From the NCBI GenBank assembly GCA_024278375.1, contig JAJRTH010000075.1:1-52584 (forward strand): DNA of 52,584 bases. The letters are read 5' to 3'. The translations under genes and the position numbers were made by a program. How positions within the stretch are numbered: position 1 is the first letter of the stretch; every line of letters begins with the position of its first letter. The notes under the pieces are model-generated. The model had not been told where the DNA came from and did not search any database. It saw only the letters and a program-made list of their open reading frames with translations. The stretch comes from an archaeon (GTDB lineage Archaea > Thermoplasmatota > Thermoplasmata > WALJ01). Positions 9,570 to 20,391 of this stretch are shown here, piece by piece.

Positions 9570-10498
9570 TACCGCTCACCTCTTCCGCTTATTATTTTGG
9601 AGAGAGTCTCAAGATGCCTTCTGTGCTCCAGAATCCATGCGGTCCTCTCGGCCTGGGAGGTATAGAGGAACTCCTTCTTGGTCATCTCCCACAGTTTGTC
9701 CTCGAATGTAGGCTCTTCTTCGGCATCCAGGAATTCGCCCACTATGAAATCCTTATCCGGTTCTATGACGCCTTCGAGCGGATTAATGTGATGTTTCACA
9801 ACCGCATGTTTCTGGAAATATTTCAGCATATCCACGGGGTCTCTCATCCTGTTCCTCCTGCCGTAGGCCGTCGGGCACGGGGACAGAACCTCTACAAAGG
9901 AGAAACCCCTTTTCTTCAGGGCTTTTTCAATGGACTTCTCAAGCCTCCTGACATGCAGGGAGGTCCATCTAGCCACATAACTGGCACCGCTCACTGCGAT
10001 CAGACCCGCAAGGTTGAAAGGACTCTCCACGTTGCCATAGGGCGATGTTGTGGTTATGCCTGTCTCGGGCGTGGTCGGAGCCAGCTGTCCCCCCGTCATT
10101 CCGTATATGAAGTTGTTGATCGCTATTACCGTTATATCCGCATTCCTCCTTGCGGCATGTATGATGTGATTGCCGCCTATGGCGAAGAGGTCCCCATCTC
10201 CGCTGAAGACAGTGACATTAAGGTCCGGTCTTGCAGCCTTGATGCCGACGGCAAACGGTATGGGTCTGCCATGAGTTGTGTGGAACGAATCCATCCTAAC
10301 ATAGCCGGCTGCCCTTCCGGTACATCCGATTCCCGAGACCATGATGGTCTTTTCCGGGTCCATTCCTATGTTCTCCATCGCTCTAAGGTATGCTCCGAGA
10401 ACGGTACCTATGCCGCAGCCCGAGCACCACACATGGGGAAGTCTTTCGGTTCTCAAATAGTCGTCAAGGGGATGTATGTCTGCTTGGATGACACTCAT
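9569..10498 (-). CDS. korB: 2-oxoacid:ferredoxin oxidoreductase beta subunit
   Basis: WCSGCG, SGIGC, HGR, GDGD...GGNH, NN.IYGMTGGQ and SPCPT motifs. Confidence 0.92.
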   Translation of the reverse strand: MSVIQADIHPLDDYLRTERLPHVWCSGCGIGTVLGAYLRAMENIGMDPEKTIMVSGIGCTGRAAGYVRMDSFHTTHGRPIPFAVGIKAARPDLNVTVFSGDGDLFAIGGNHIIHAARRNADITVIAINNFIYGMTGGQLAPTTPETGITTTSPYGNVESPFNLAGLIAVSGASYVARWTSLHVRRLEKSIEKALKKRGFSFVEVLSPCPTAYGRRNRMRDPVDMLKYFQKHAVVKHHINPLEGVIEPDKDFIVGEFLDAEEEPTFEDKLWEMTKKEFLYTSQAERTAWILEHRRHLETLSKIISGRGER

Positions 10499-11631
10499 TT
10501 CACAGCCTCCTCTATCCCTTTCAGGACCTCGTCGGGTCTATGCGGCTCTCCCCCCATCTTTCCTACGAAGACAGCATCTGTTCGTATTGCCCTCTCAACC
10601 TCTACGAGAATCTGTCCGTTGTTAATCTCCGCCACAACGAAGGAACTCGCCTTTTCCGCAAGTTCTCTAAGTTTTTTCGAGGGGAAGGGCCATATCACCT
10701 TCAATCTCAGCATTCCGGCTTTTATTCCCTTCTCCCTGGCCATTATTACCGCTCTTCTGGCGGATCTGGCGGATATGCCGTATGCTATGACGATGACCTC
10801 CGCATCCTCGATCATGAACTCCTCATAATCGATTATTTCGTCAGCGTGGGCACGTATCTTCTCAACGAGCCTGCTGACAAGCTTTTCCTGGGCCTCCGCC
10901 GTTATTACGGGATATCCCCTATCGTCATGTGTCAGACCGGTGACATGGATTCCGAAACCCTTTCCGACAGGGGGCATGGGCGGTATGAGGTCGTCGTCTG
11001 GCTCATATATGTGACGCTCTTTGTCTGTGCTTATCTTTCTATCCACGACCTCTATCTCTTTCTTGGGGGGTATTGAGACCCTTTCGAAAAGGTGACCGAC
11101 TGATTCATCCATGAGAACAACCACAGGGAGCCTGTATTTTTCCGAGAAATTGAATGCGCGTACGGCCATATCAAAGCATTCCTGGGGGGATTCAGGGGAG
11201 AGCGCTATGGTCTCGTAAGGTCCGTGAGAGCCCCACCTCGTCTGCATGACATCTCCCTGGCCGACCAACGTGGGAAGCCCTGTCGATGGCCCAGCTCTCT
11301 GAACGTTAACTATCACGCAAGGAGTTTCCGTCATCATCCCGAGACCGTAGTTCTCCATCATGAGGCTGAAACCCGGTCCGGATGTGGCGGTCATGCTCTT
11401 TTTTCCGCCCCAAGAGGCACCCAATAAAGCGGCCATCGATGCCAGCTCATCCTCCATCTGAATGAATATTCCACCCACCTCCGGAAGTCTTCTGGACATC
11501 CTCTATGCCACCTCACTGGAAGGTGTTATCGGATATCCCGCAAAGAATCTGCATCCTGCCGCTATTGCACCTTCAGCCACCGCCACATCACCGCTTAAAA
11601 AGTGATGCCCTTCAAGAACTTCGACCTTCAC
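10495..11631 (-). CDS. korA: 2-oxoacid:ferredoxin oxidoreductase alpha subunit (in-frame TAG at 11503-11505)
   Basis: Frame opens at GTG 11631: ...FAGYPITPSSEVA*RMSRRLP...QMEDE...ATSGPG; the ORF track shows only the part after the stop. Confidence 0.88.
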
Positions 11632-11632
11632 A

Positions 11633-11911
11633 TTATTCCTCCTTTTTCTTAACGAATATTGCGAATTCCGGGCATATTCTCTCGCAGAAACCGCAGTCTA
11701 TGCAGACCTTCAGGGGTGGCTCTTCCATCAGTTCGGGAGGATGATATCCTTTCTTGTTGAACCGGTCAGACATTACCAGAACATCCTTGGGACAGAACTC
11801 CACACACAAACCACAGCCTTTGCACCTATCCTCCACAAGGTAAACAGTTCCACGGGGGATGGTGGCATTGCTTTCCTTGAGCAGCTTTTCAATTCTGCTT
11901 TCCGTTGCCAT
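11633..11911 (-). CDS. korD: 2x[4Fe-4S] ferredoxin, delta subunit
   Basis: CKGCGLCVEFCP and CIDCGFCERICP. Confidence 0.9.
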   Translation of the reverse strand: MATESRIEKLLKESNATIPRGTVYLVEDRCKGCGLCVEFCPKDVLVMSDRFNKKGYHPPELMEEPPLKVCIDCGFCERICPEFAIFVKKKEE

Positions 11912-12081
11912 TTTTATGCCTTCTAGCAGGAGAATTCGGTCTGTTATTTAATACTATCTGCCCGCTTCTGTCACATCGGTAATCGGGTGTCCAAGCCCGC
12001 ACCGTCGAGGCGATAAGGAGCAAAAGTATTATAAAGGAATAGAAGTAGGGGGGAGGCTGAAGTAAAAAAAGGAGGCACAAA

Positions 12082-12909
12082 ATGGCAAAAAAAGCCAGAG
12101 CAAGGGCTGCAGCCAGAAAAATGCGAGAAGCATGGAAAGCGAAACAGTGGTACCGCATAGTTGCTCCCGAGATGTTCAACGGGGCAGAGTTAGGTGAAAC
12201 TCCCGCAAGGGACCCTGAATTACTGATAGGAAGGGTAAGCGAGGTCAGTTATCAGGATCTTACCGGAGACTTTACGAAATCTCATATAAAACTCTATTTC
12301 AAGATCAATTCCATAAAGGGGGCGGATGCATCCACCGAGTTTATAGGTCACAACATGACCAGTGATTATCTGAGAAGACTGACACGAAGAAGGAACAGCA
12401 AGATAGAGAACGTCATAGATGTGAGGACCAAGGATGGGTACAAATTAAGAATAAAGACGGTCTCTATTTCGATAGGGAGGATACCTTCATCGCACCAGCA
12501 TGCGATAAGATTGAGGATGGGAGAGACAATCCTAAAGAAATCATCCGAAAAGACCATGTCTGAACTCATAAAGTCCATACTCTCCGGTGAACTCCCGAAG
12601 GAGATAGCGAGAGAATGCAAGAAGATACACCCCCTCAAAAGGGTGGAGATAAGGAGATCCGAGATTCTCCATAAACCGGCAATAACAAAAGAAGAGATAA
12701 TGGAAGAAATGAGCGAGGAAGAGGCTCTTAAGGAACTGGAGAAGATAGAGGGTGTCGGCCCGGCAAAGGCGAGATTGCTATACGATGCCGGCTATAAATC
12801 AATAGAATCCATAAAAGGCCTCTCGATGGAGGAACTCGAGAAGATAGAGAAGCTCGGAGAGGCGACCGCAAAAAAGATTTACTCCGCACTCCATCCCGAA
12901 GAGCAGTAA
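12082..12909 (+). CDS. rps3ae: 30S ribosomal protein S3Ae (eS1) with C-terminal helix-hairpin-helix extension
   Basis: WKAKQWYRIVAPEMF, LIGRVSEV and IHPLKRVEIRRSE; tail IEGVGPAKA...IEKLGEATAKKI. Confidence 0.93.
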   Translation: MAKKARARAAARKMREAWKAKQWYRIVAPEMFNGAELGETPARDPELLIGRVSEVSYQDLTGDFTKSHIKLYFKINSIKGADASTEFIGHNMTSDYLRRLTRRRNSKIENVIDVRTKDGYKLRIKTVSISIGRIPSSHQHAIRLRMGETILKKSSEKTMSELIKSILSGELPKEIARECKKIHPLKRVEIRRSEILHKPAITKEEIMEEMSEEEALKELEKIEGVGPAKARLLYDAGYKSIESIKGLSMEELEKIEKLGEATAKKIYSALHPEEQ

Positions 12910-12910
12910 A

Positions 12911-13011
12911 GCCGAGGTGGCTCAGCCTGGTGGAGCGTCGGACTCATAGGGATTCGTGGACGCTCGTCCCGGGAAATCCGAAGGTCACGGGTTCAAACCC
13001 CGTCCTCGGCA
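12911..13011 (+). tRNA. tRNA-Met(CAT) with 27-nt intron at 37/38 (12949-12975)
   Basis: GCCGAGG/CCTCGGC acceptor stem, TCGGA/TCCGA anticodon stem with CAT at 12945-12947, GGTTCAAACCC T-arm, relaxed BHB. Confidence 0.9.
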
Positions 13012-13030
13012 CTTTATAAGGAGGAATCCC

Positions 13031-14092
13031 TTGGAAGAAAATGAAGCAAAAACCATCCTGGACGACAGGGAAAGAATACGGGAAGTGGATAGAGAGGATA
13101 TGCTGTCCTCGATACTCGCGCTCCCCGAACATCTTGTAACTGGCATGGAAAGCGGAAACCGCGTGGAAATACCCTATTTCAGGCCGGACAGCATAGTCGC
13201 ATGCGGGATGGGAGGTTCCGCGATAGCCGGTGAAATAGTGGGTGCGTGGCTTTCCGAAAGGCTGTCAATACCGTTCATAACCAACAGGAACTATCAGATA
13301 CCCTCGTTCGTTTCGAAGAACACCCTTATTTTTGCTCTTTCCTATTCTGGAAACACATACGAGACAATAAACATGGTAGAAGAAGCTTTTGAGAGAGGGG
13401 CCAAGATAATCGCCATCTCCTCCGGCGGAGCGCTCCAAAGTATCGTGGAAGAAAAAGGCGGGCATTTCATAGACATCCCCTCAGGGCTCCAGCCGAGAGC
13501 CGCTCTCGGCTATCTTGTCTCTGCCATGGCCAGCACCATGAAGTCCCTGAAGATATATGACCCGGATGTGGAGATAATCTCGACCTCATCATTCATGAAA
13601 GACCTGAGAGAAAGGCTCACGCCTTCAAGAAAATACGAAGACAATGAGGCAAAGAAGATTGCCGCACAGATTGTCGACACCGTGCCCGTGATTTACTCGT
13701 ACGGCTCATACATCTATGCTGCCAACAGGTGGCACACCCAGATAAACGAGAACTCGAAGTTGCTCTCGTTTTACGGCGCTCTCACGGAGATGAACCACAA
13801 CGAGATAGTGGGATGGAACGACAGCGCAGAGGGGTTCTCGGCGGTGTTTCTCAGAGGAAACGAGAGCAGAATTCTTTCGACCGTTGTCGAATTCACGAAA
13901 GAAGTGATAAAGAAAAACGGTGGCAAGGTCATCGATGTAAGGGCCGAGGGAGAGCGCTCTCTGGAAAAGATGTTCTCTCTCATCTACAAAGGGGATTTCG
14001 TGAGCTATTATCTCTCCATACTCAGAGGCGTAGACCCGACACCGGTGGACGTGATATCCGCTCTGAAATCCGAAATCAAGAAGGTCATATGA
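13031..14092 (+). CDS. Bifunctional phosphoglucose/phosphomannose isomerase
   Basis: [30 protein letters not shown] and [10 protein letters not shown]; TTG start at 13031 after AGGAGG, because the tracked start lies inside the tRNA. Confidence 0.9.
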   Translation: MEENEAKTILDDRERIREVDREDMLSSILALPEHLVTGMESGNRVEIPYFRPDSIVACGMGGSAIAGEIVGAWLSERLSIPFITNRNYQIPSFVSKNTLIFALSYSGNTYETINMVEEAFERGAKIIAISSGGALQSIVEEKGGHFIDIPSGLQPRAALGYLVSAMASTMKSLKIYDPDVEIISTSSFMKDLRERLTPSRKYEDNEAKKIAAQIVDTVPVIYSYGSYIYAANRWHTQINENSKLLSFYGALTEMNHNEIVGWNDSAEGFSAVFLRGNESRILSTVVEFTKEVIKKNGGKVIDVRAEGERSLEKMFSLIYKGDFVSYYLSILRGVDPTPVDVISALKSEIKKVI

Positions 14093-15176
14093 TTCCTATT
14101 TCCTGCAGTTTTTCCGGCAGATATGTATCAGTTACATAGTCAAGACCGTATTTTGCGAGCGCCTGCTGTTCCGCTTTCTTCTTTATCTCGAGCATCGCCT
14201 TTATTTCCGATATCCAGAAATCCGTCTGGAACCGAGGGTCACTCAGTTCTGCTTTGAGCGCTTCGATGTCCCTGTCATTGAGTTTATCTGTCGGTAGTTC
14301 ATAATTGAGTATGTCGGATGCGGTTATTCCCACGAATTCCGCCGTGGGTGTGGCTAGATATTCGGAAAGATGCGCTGTTTTTATGGCACCGTAGGCAACG
14401 CTCGCGAATATCCTGAACGACCACGGATCACCATCCGTGAATACGACAACCGGAAGATTGAGCTCCTCATTCATCCTCTTCAGAAGGCGGCGTGTGCTCC
14501 TTGCGGGCTGTCCCTTGAGATGCACGAGAATCGCTCTCTCCTTCTCATCGAAACCGTTCTCCACAAGTCTGTCGAACATACCGCCTGTCTCTATGGCTAT
14601 GACGAAGTCGGCGTCCACATCTACGAACTCGATCTTCTCCTTCTCCACATTATAGGGTACCGTGTATCCGGAATCGCCCACATCGTCCCTGCAGTTTATC
14701 GTCTTTTTCACACCCTTTCTGTTGGTCTCGTTTAGGGTTATGTTCCCGATGACTCTTGCACCGTCCTCCTCCGGTCTCAGTTTGAAGTCCTCTCTCATGT
14801 ATCTGGTGATTATCTCGAGGTCTTCAACGAGGTTGTTGGATTCATCCTGGCTGTGGAACTTCGCTGTCTCCCATCCCTCGGAGATGTAGTAAAGCTCCCT
14901 GAGGGTGGAGGATTTGTTCTCGGCTATCATGTCCTTTATGAAATCCAGCATGTACAGGGTTCTCAGGAGCATGTATGCCCCGTCCAGTTTCTTTGCGCTC
15001 CTCTGTCCGAAATTCCTTCCGTATTTCCAAACACCGTGTTTTATGTCGAAAACTATGTTGTTCTTCGTCCTCACAGGTATTTTCATGGACGGAATCTTTC
15101 CCTTGTTTATATCTTCGTATATCTCCTCGGCAATGCTTTCCAGGGATTTCACGGCATTGCGACTTTCGGCTGTCAT
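14085..15176 (-). CDS. top6A: DNA topoisomerase VI subunit A
   Basis: STLRELYY (catalytic Tyr), IETGGMF, KGQP and TDGDPW. Confidence 0.95.
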   Translation of the reverse strand: MTAESRNAVKSLESIAEEIYEDINKGKIPSMKIPVRTKNNIVFDIKHGVWKYGRNFGQRSAKKLDGAYMLLRTLYMLDFIKDMIAENKSSTLRELYYISEGWETAKFHSQDESNNLVEDLEIITRYMREDFKLRPEEDGARVIGNITLNETNRKGVKKTINCRDDVGDSGYTVPYNVEKEKIEFVDVDADFVIAIETGGMFDRLVENGFDEKERAILVHLKGQPARSTRRLLKRMNEELNLPVVVFTDGDPWSFRIFASVAYGAIKTAHLSEYLATPTAEFVGITASDILNYELPTDKLNDRDIEALKAELSDPRFQTDFWISEIKAMLEIKKKAEQQALAKYGLDYVTDTYLPEKLQEIGII

Positions 15177-17074
15177 TCCATCACCTCGATTATCTCGGCT
15201 CTTTCCACGTTCCAGTCTCCCGGCAGAGGCTCCGCCCCTATCACATGCACCGGATTTATTCCATCGGTGTAGAGTTCCACGTCATCGTAATCTCCCTTTT
15301 CACCCTTCAGTTTCAGTCTTATTTCAAGAGATTCCGTTGGTTTGAGCGAGATATCCCATACGATACCTCTTCCGCTGCGCCTGCCCTCCGGCTCCACGTC
15401 CCTGATACCTTCCTGCTCTATCTCGGCGTAAAGCGAGAACTTCGCTCTTTTCTCCATATAGTTTATCACCTTTATCTTCACATCGTAAATTCCCTTGCCG
15501 TACTCGCTTACCGAATCAACCCAGAGTATGCCCATTATCTTCGTTATTGTCTTGTCTATCGGAGGTACGGGTTTGCCCACTATCTCTGCGGATTTTCTGG
15601 CAATTTCCGGGATTATCTTCTGCACTATCTCGAACTTGCCCTTCACCTTTTTCTTTTTTTCCTGCTTCTTTATGTGGAATCTCAGGTGTCTTGCGCATTC
15701 CTTGAGCGCCCTGTCTATCTCCTCGATTATCTCCGGGATGTCCGCGACCGCTTCCTTGGCCTCTGATGTGAACGGCACCCTTGTGGATGCTATGTGCACG
15801 AGTATCACGGCAGGTCCGCTCGGTATTCCTTTCCCTCCCCTCTGTTCGAGGCCGTACTGTCTCCATTTTATCCTTTCTATGGCATGGGTTATGGCACAGG
15901 CTCCCTGCTGGTAGAGCAATGGAACGCGGTTTGCGAACCTCAGTATCTCAACCGGCTGGTCCTTCGGAAGATTCCCGCCGTAGACCATTCCTACCTCGAC
16001 CTGAAAAGGATTTCCGGAGTAAACGGCAGGCTCCCTTGTCACCGGGGGAACATAATATTCGGGTTTGTATTCCTCCATCACGTTTCTCAGGCCCTTTTTT
16101 ATCAGGTGAGCGCCTATGGGAGAAAGACAGTCAGATGGCGGGGCCATTATCCTTACCTTTCTCATGGCGTTTATCAGGGCCTTCGCCTCTTCGACCGTTA
16201 TTTCCTTAGGCCTCTTCTTTGGGTCTATGCCTGCAACGGAACATATCTCGTCAGCCACTCTAGGACTGACCCTCGAGAACTCGTTCATCAGGAAGGAGTT
16301 TATCTGCCTGTTCTTCGAGTGTTTGATCATCTTCAGCAGGGTTCCGAGCTCGACACCGTAGGGATGCGGCTTTATCTCGACGGTCTTTTTGGGCAGCCTT
16401 TCCGTGGCCCTTTCGAATATGTATTTCCTGTCCTCTTCGATGTATGTTATCTTTGCATGAGGATTTACTATGGCCGTCCTTCTGAGATATTCGTAAACGG
16501 ACTGCCTTCCACGTATCAATCTTCCTCTGAGGTAAACCTCTATCCGGGTACCGTGTTCCACCTCATCCCACAGCACCACATCCTCCCGCACCACCTCTGG
16601 CCTGTTATGTTTGGTATCTATGGACAGTATGATCTCGTCCGCAGCCATCTTTCCGGCGGTTTTCGAGAGTATCCTAGCGGACCTTCCAGTGGTGAGCTGA
16701 CTATACATCACGACTCCCGAGATACCGATTCCCTGCTGACCCCTCGACTGCCTTATGGCGTGAAACCTTGAACCGTACAGAAGCTGGCCGAAGACCTTGG
16801 GAATGTTCCTTTTAACGATTCCCGGACCATTGTCCTGTATCGCGATAAGATACTCGTTCTTCTCGACCTTTCTTATCTCTATCCGTATCTCAGGGAGTAT
16901 CCCCGCCTCCTCACAGGCGTCGAGAGCATTGTCCACACCCTCTTTTACGGCGGTTATCAGGGATTTAACGGGCGAATCGAAGCCCAGCACATGCTTGTTC
17001 CTCTCGAAGAATTCGGAAACGGAGATCTCTTTCTGTTTTTCGGCCAACATCTCGGCGATATTCTCGTCTAACAT
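15173..17074 (-). CDS. top6B: DNA topoisomerase VI subunit B
   Basis: [32 protein letters not shown] and VPFTSEAKE; ATG 17074 follows a purine-rich SD. Confidence 0.95.
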   Translation of the reverse strand: MLDENIAEMLAEKQKEISVSEFFERNKHVLGFDSPVKSLITAVKEGVDNALDACEEAGILPEIRIEIRKVEKNEYLIAIQDNGPGIVKRNIPKVFGQLLYGSRFHAIRQSRGQQGIGISGVVMYSQLTTGRSARILSKTAGKMAADEIILSIDTKHNRPEVVREDVVLWDEVEHGTRIEVYLRGRLIRGRQSVYEYLRRTAIVNPHAKITYIEEDRKYIFERATERLPKKTVEIKPHPYGVELGTLLKMIKHSKNRQINSFLMNEFSRVSPRVADEICSVAGIDPKKRPKEITVEEAKALINAMRKVRIMAPPSDCLSPIGAHLIKKGLRNVMEEYKPEYYVPPVTREPAVYSGNPFQVEVGMVYGGNLPKDQPVEILRFANRVPLLYQQGACAITHAIERIKWRQYGLEQRGGKGIPSGPAVILVHIASTRVPFTSEAKEAVADIPEIIEEIDRALKECARHLRFHIKKQEKKKKVKGKFEIVQKIIPEIARKSAEIVGKPVPPIDKTITKIMGILWVDSVSEYGKGIYDVKIKVINYMEKRAKFSLYAEIEQEGIRDVEPEGRRSGRGIVWDISLKPTESLEIRLKLKGEKGDYDDVELYTDGINPVHVIGAEPLPGDWNVERAEIIEVME

Positions 17075-17242
17075 GTGCTCCACCCCATGCGTTGTTTGGA
17101 TATAAACGTTGTGTATTTCTCTCATGAAAACCTTCTAAAATTTTGTTCAAAATTAAGACCATAATCAATATCTATAGTACTGGCTAATAAATTCATAAAT
17201 CAGACCATACATATTTTAATTGCAAAAAAGACCGATTTTTAC

Positions 17243-17257
17243 GAAAAATATTTAAAG
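17243..17257 (+). promoter_or_regulatory. Putative BRE/TATA promoter of the signalling operon
   Basis: GAAAAAT-ATTTAAAG about 23 nt upstream of ATG 17280, in the AT-rich spacer shared with divergent top6B. Confidence 0.5.
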
Positions 17258-17279
17258 GAAATCGTATTACAGACAATCG

Positions 17280-17813
17280 ATGGCAGATACCGAGTTCCAA
17301 AAGGTCGATACGATAATGTTCAGGATAAGTCAGGAGCATGATGATGTGGGGATGGAACTCATGTGGAGAGACGGCTCCATTTATCTTTCAATCTCAAAGG
17401 TAATGATAACCGATGGAGAAAGATGGTATGCGATCCCTTTCGAGGAACTCAGAGGTATAGACGCTCTGGACGATGACAGCATAAACCTGAGAATAGAGGG
17501 TGTGGACATCCGTGTAAGGGGGGAAAACGCCGAGAGATTGATGGCTCTGAGGCATCTCTTGCTACCTCTCATCGATAATGTTCCAAAGGACGGAGAGCTG
17601 CTCAGGGACATCATAAAACTATTGCTTTTGGGGATAAAGGACAGAGAAATAATAGCTTCTCTTCTGAAAAGGAGCGCAGAGGAAATCGCAAAGATAATGG
17701 AGAGCGCGGAGGGCGATGCGTATATCACGGACGGAGAGGTAAGCGAAAAGGGAAAGTCTCTGCTTTCGAAGGAAGAGAAGGAGATGATAGAAAAGGCGGG
17801 GGTGAGGATATGA
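17280..17813 (+). CDS. Hypothetical protein, PH-like + wHTH (CheF-like architecture)
   Basis: Beta-rich N-domain (..YAIPFEELRGI..) ending in a helix, then IIKLLLLG..IASLL...EVSEKGKSLL wHTH-like tail. Confidence 0.5.
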   Translation: MADTEFQKVDTIMFRISQEHDDVGMELMWRDGSIYLSISKVMITDGERWYAIPFEELRGIDALDDDSINLRIEGVDIRVRGENAERLMALRHLLLPLIDNVPKDGELLRDIIKLLLLGIKDREIIASLLKRSAEEIAKIMESAEGDAYITDGEVSEKGKSLLSKEEKEMIEKAGVRI

Positions 17814-18700
17814 GTCCGTTCCGAAGTTTCGCTCAGCGTGTCTCTGCCCTTGAGAAGATGACCTCTCTTGAAACAGGAATATCGACCGTTATAAAGATGT
17901 CAAGGGTCCCCAGGAAAGAGACAAAAAAGCTTCTGACCGCAAGAAACGAAGAGCAGGTCAGGAACACACCCATTTTCCAGTTCATGCAGATAATCTTCGA
18001 TGAGATCGGGCTCGGACATCTCGACATCAAAGGTGTAGGGAAGTTCTCGTACATATTTTCCATAGAGAATTCACCCATCCCTTCACTTATACCCGATGCC
18101 AATGGAAAGACATGCTATATAACTGCCGACGCCATAGCCTCCTTCTTCTCGAAGGATATGGGAATTCCAAGTTCGAGCGAGGAGGTCAGATGTGCCAATG
18201 AGGGCCACGAAGAATGCGAATTTTTGGTCAAGATAAATGCTCTTCAGGCGTATCAGATAGCACTCGACGATACGGACAAGGAGATAATAGGGTTGAAGAA
18301 AAAGGACCCTTCGATAAGTGTCGAGAAGATAGCAGACAAACTCGAGATGGATGTTGCAGAGGTGGAGCACAGGATATCCGTTCTGAAATACTACGAAATT
18401 CTAGATGAAATAGGAAAGGTCACGGAGATAGGAAGAACCTATTACAAATACAGGATGAGTTCGCCCCTGCCGGAGGAGGACTTCGACCCCCCATGGCAGA
18501 TGATAAAGGAGATTTCAGCGGCGATAGCTGCGGCAAGCTCCTTCGCAGAGGCTGTAAGTGAAAGGGTTAAGGAAGAGAAGAAGGTCCTGAGCCCTGAAGA
18601 GGAGAAGAAGATAATAAATCTGGCTGAAGAGGCCAAAAAAAGCAGAAGTTTTGCCGAACTCCTTGCGAAACAGATAAAGAACGAAGAAAAGGAGGGATAA
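17810..18700 (+). CDS. V4R-domain protein fused to wHTH
   Basis: GLG...ENSP...CYITAD..ASFF...EEVRCANEGHEECEFLV V4R signature; DDTDKEII...IADKLEMD...VTEIG wHTH. Confidence 0.8.
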   Translation: MSPFRSFAQRVSALEKMTSLETGISTVIKMSRVPRKETKKLLTARNEEQVRNTPIFQFMQIIFDEIGLGHLDIKGVGKFSYIFSIENSPIPSLIPDANGKTCYITADAIASFFSKDMGIPSSSEEVRCANEGHEECEFLVKINALQAYQIALDDTDKEIIGLKKKDPSISVEKIADKLEMDVAEVEHRISVLKYYEILDEIGKVTEIGRTYYKYRMSSPLPEEDFDPPWQMIKEISAAIAAASSFAEAVSERVKEEKKVLSPEEEKKIINLAEEAKKSRSFAELLAKQIKNEEKEG

Positions 18701-18702
18701 AA

Positions 18703-19578
18703 ATGGTAGAAAGGATCAAAACCGGAATATATGGACTGGATTCCCTGATTGAAGGGGGAATAATAGATAAGAGCGCAATAGTGATTGTGGGCTCCAGCGG
18801 TACCGGAAAAACCACATTTGCGATGCAGTTCCTGATGCACGGCATAGACATAGGAGAACAGGGATTGTATGTCACCATGGAAGAGAGCCCCGAACAGATA
18901 ATGCGGGAAGCAAAGATGATGGGCTGGGACATGGAAAAGCACTATGAGAAGGACCTGTTCTTCATACACCTGAAGGGAAAGAACTTCAAGAAGATGATTG
19001 AGGAGCAGCTGCCGCAACTCGTCAAGGTCAGGAGCGATTACGACATCAAAACAAGGGTGGTCATAGACCCCATGACGCCTGTGATATGGGCCACCGAAGA
19101 CAAGCTAATGCAGAGAGAACTAATAGGTAAGCTGTTCTACACATTGAAGGAGCTCGGAGTGGTGGTGGCGACCGTTGAGGAACACGCCAAACCAGGGGAG
19201 ACCATAGGCGAGGACGTTCTTTTGCCCATATATCTCGCGGATGGAGTTATCCATCTCGAATACTATCCGATAGGCGGAGCATTCAACAGGACATTGAAAA
19301 TAATAAAGATGAGGGGAACAGCCCACGGCGAGGATGTCTATCCGTACATATTCGCCAGAGGCGCCGGAGTAATAGTGAGAAGCAGTCCCGTAGAGGTGGC
19401 GCAGAAGGAAGAGAAGAGTTATGCCGAGATATTCGATGAGGCCATAAGGACCGCACAGCACCTGAAAGCACCTCCTTATGTGATAGAGAGACTGGAGAAC
19501 ATGAAGGCGGGGTGGTCATATCCTTACTCTCCCGAGGAGGCGATACAGATAATCTTTGATACCTATCATCTCAAATGA
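18703..19578 (+). CDS. KaiC/RAD55-family ATPase (single domain)
   Basis: KTGIYGLD, Walker A GSSGTGKT, TMEES, VVIDP, ADGVIHL and KMRG. Confidence 0.92.
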   Translation: MVERIKTGIYGLDSLIEGGIIDKSAIVIVGSSGTGKTTFAMQFLMHGIDIGEQGLYVTMEESPEQIMREAKMMGWDMEKHYEKDLFFIHLKGKNFKKMIEEQLPQLVKVRSDYDIKTRVVIDPMTPVIWATEDKLMQRELIGKLFYTLKELGVVVATVEEHAKPGETIGEDVLLPIYLADGVIHLEYYPIGGAFNRTLKIIKMRGTAHGEDVYPYIFARGAGVIVRSSPVEVAQKEEKSYAEIFDEAIRTAQHLKAPPYVIERLENMKAGWSYPYSPEEAIQIIFDTYHLK

Positions 19579-20387
19579 GGGATATCATGGTCACACTCTC
19601 TCAGAAAAAGGTACTGGATCGAAGGCTCGAAGCCGAGAACGTTACGCTTCTGAAATATTTGCTGGGTATGGAACTCAGGAGACTCAAGGAAGAGATGGAG
19701 TGTGATATGATTTTCTTCATGGGTGTTGATGGCAGGACATTCTCGTCACAGGTCCCGTTTCAGCTGAATACCAAGCAGTTCTATCTGTTTAACCTGTTGA
19801 AGACGAACCTCCCGCACATATGTGATCAGCTTGCCGCTGAGAACCTCAGGATAGCAATAGAGCAGTACAAGGAAGGAACATTTCTGATATCCGGTGTCGG
19901 GGATAAGGCCTTTCTCGCCATGGCATTTTCTAGACCAATACTCCCGACCGAATTTCAGAAACTGATAAACGGAGCTATAAAAGGAAGCACGGTGATAAAG
20001 CACATACTGGAACTCAGACCGATAAAAGAAGAGGCGCTCAAACAATATCCGAAGGAAGTCAGCGATGAACTCAGGAAACTGAGCAGACTGCTATTTGTCG
20101 AGAGATTTGACCAGACAAAACAGTATAAGAAGAACACCGAGATATTGAACTTCATAAAGAAAAAACTGGCAGATGTGGTCGGTGTCGGTGCCGTCGAGGA
20201 GATAACAACCGTGACATTCAACGAACTAGGAACCTCGGCACCGTATATGACGGATCAGCTATGGAGGATATTCTTGGAAAAAGTGATAAGGAACCATGTC
20301 AAGAGGATAAGCGGAGAGATAATGGCGGACGAATGCTACAGAACGTGGATGCCGGAACTGGATAAGAAGCTGAAGAGCTTTGTGTGA
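19575..20387 (+). CDS. Hypothetical protein with Roadblock/profilin-like N-domain and helical C-domain
   Basis: IFFMGVDGRTFSS...IAIEQYKEGTFLISGVGDKAFLAMAF resembles the Roadblock/LC7 pattern. Confidence 0.6.
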   Translation: MRDIMVTLSQKKVLDRRLEAENVTLLKYLLGMELRRLKEEMECDMIFFMGVDGRTFSSQVPFQLNTKQFYLFNLLKTNLPHICDQLAAENLRIAIEQYKEGTFLISGVGDKAFLAMAFSRPILPTEFQKLINGAIKGSTVIKHILELRPIKEEALKQYPKEVSDELRKLSRLLFVERFDQTKQYKKNTEILNFIKKKLADVVGVGAVEEITTVTFNELGTSAPYMTDQLWRIFLEKVIRNHVKRISGEIMADECYRTWMPELDKKLKSFV

Positions 20388-20391
20388 TATC

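Noticed and set aside
11503-11505. Pyrrolysine or stop-codon reassignment explaining the in-frame TAG in korA
   Set aside because: The other internal stops are TAA, TAA and TGA at positions expecting different residues, all three stops end normal genes here, and no pyl genes are in the window
12956-13030. N-terminal extension of PGI/PMI overlapping tRNA-Met
   Set aside because: A better TTG start with SD lies at 13031, downstream of the tRNA
18703-19578. Circadian clock (kaiABC)
   Set aside because: Single-domain KaiC-like protein with no kaiA or kaiB; such ATPases are common in archaea
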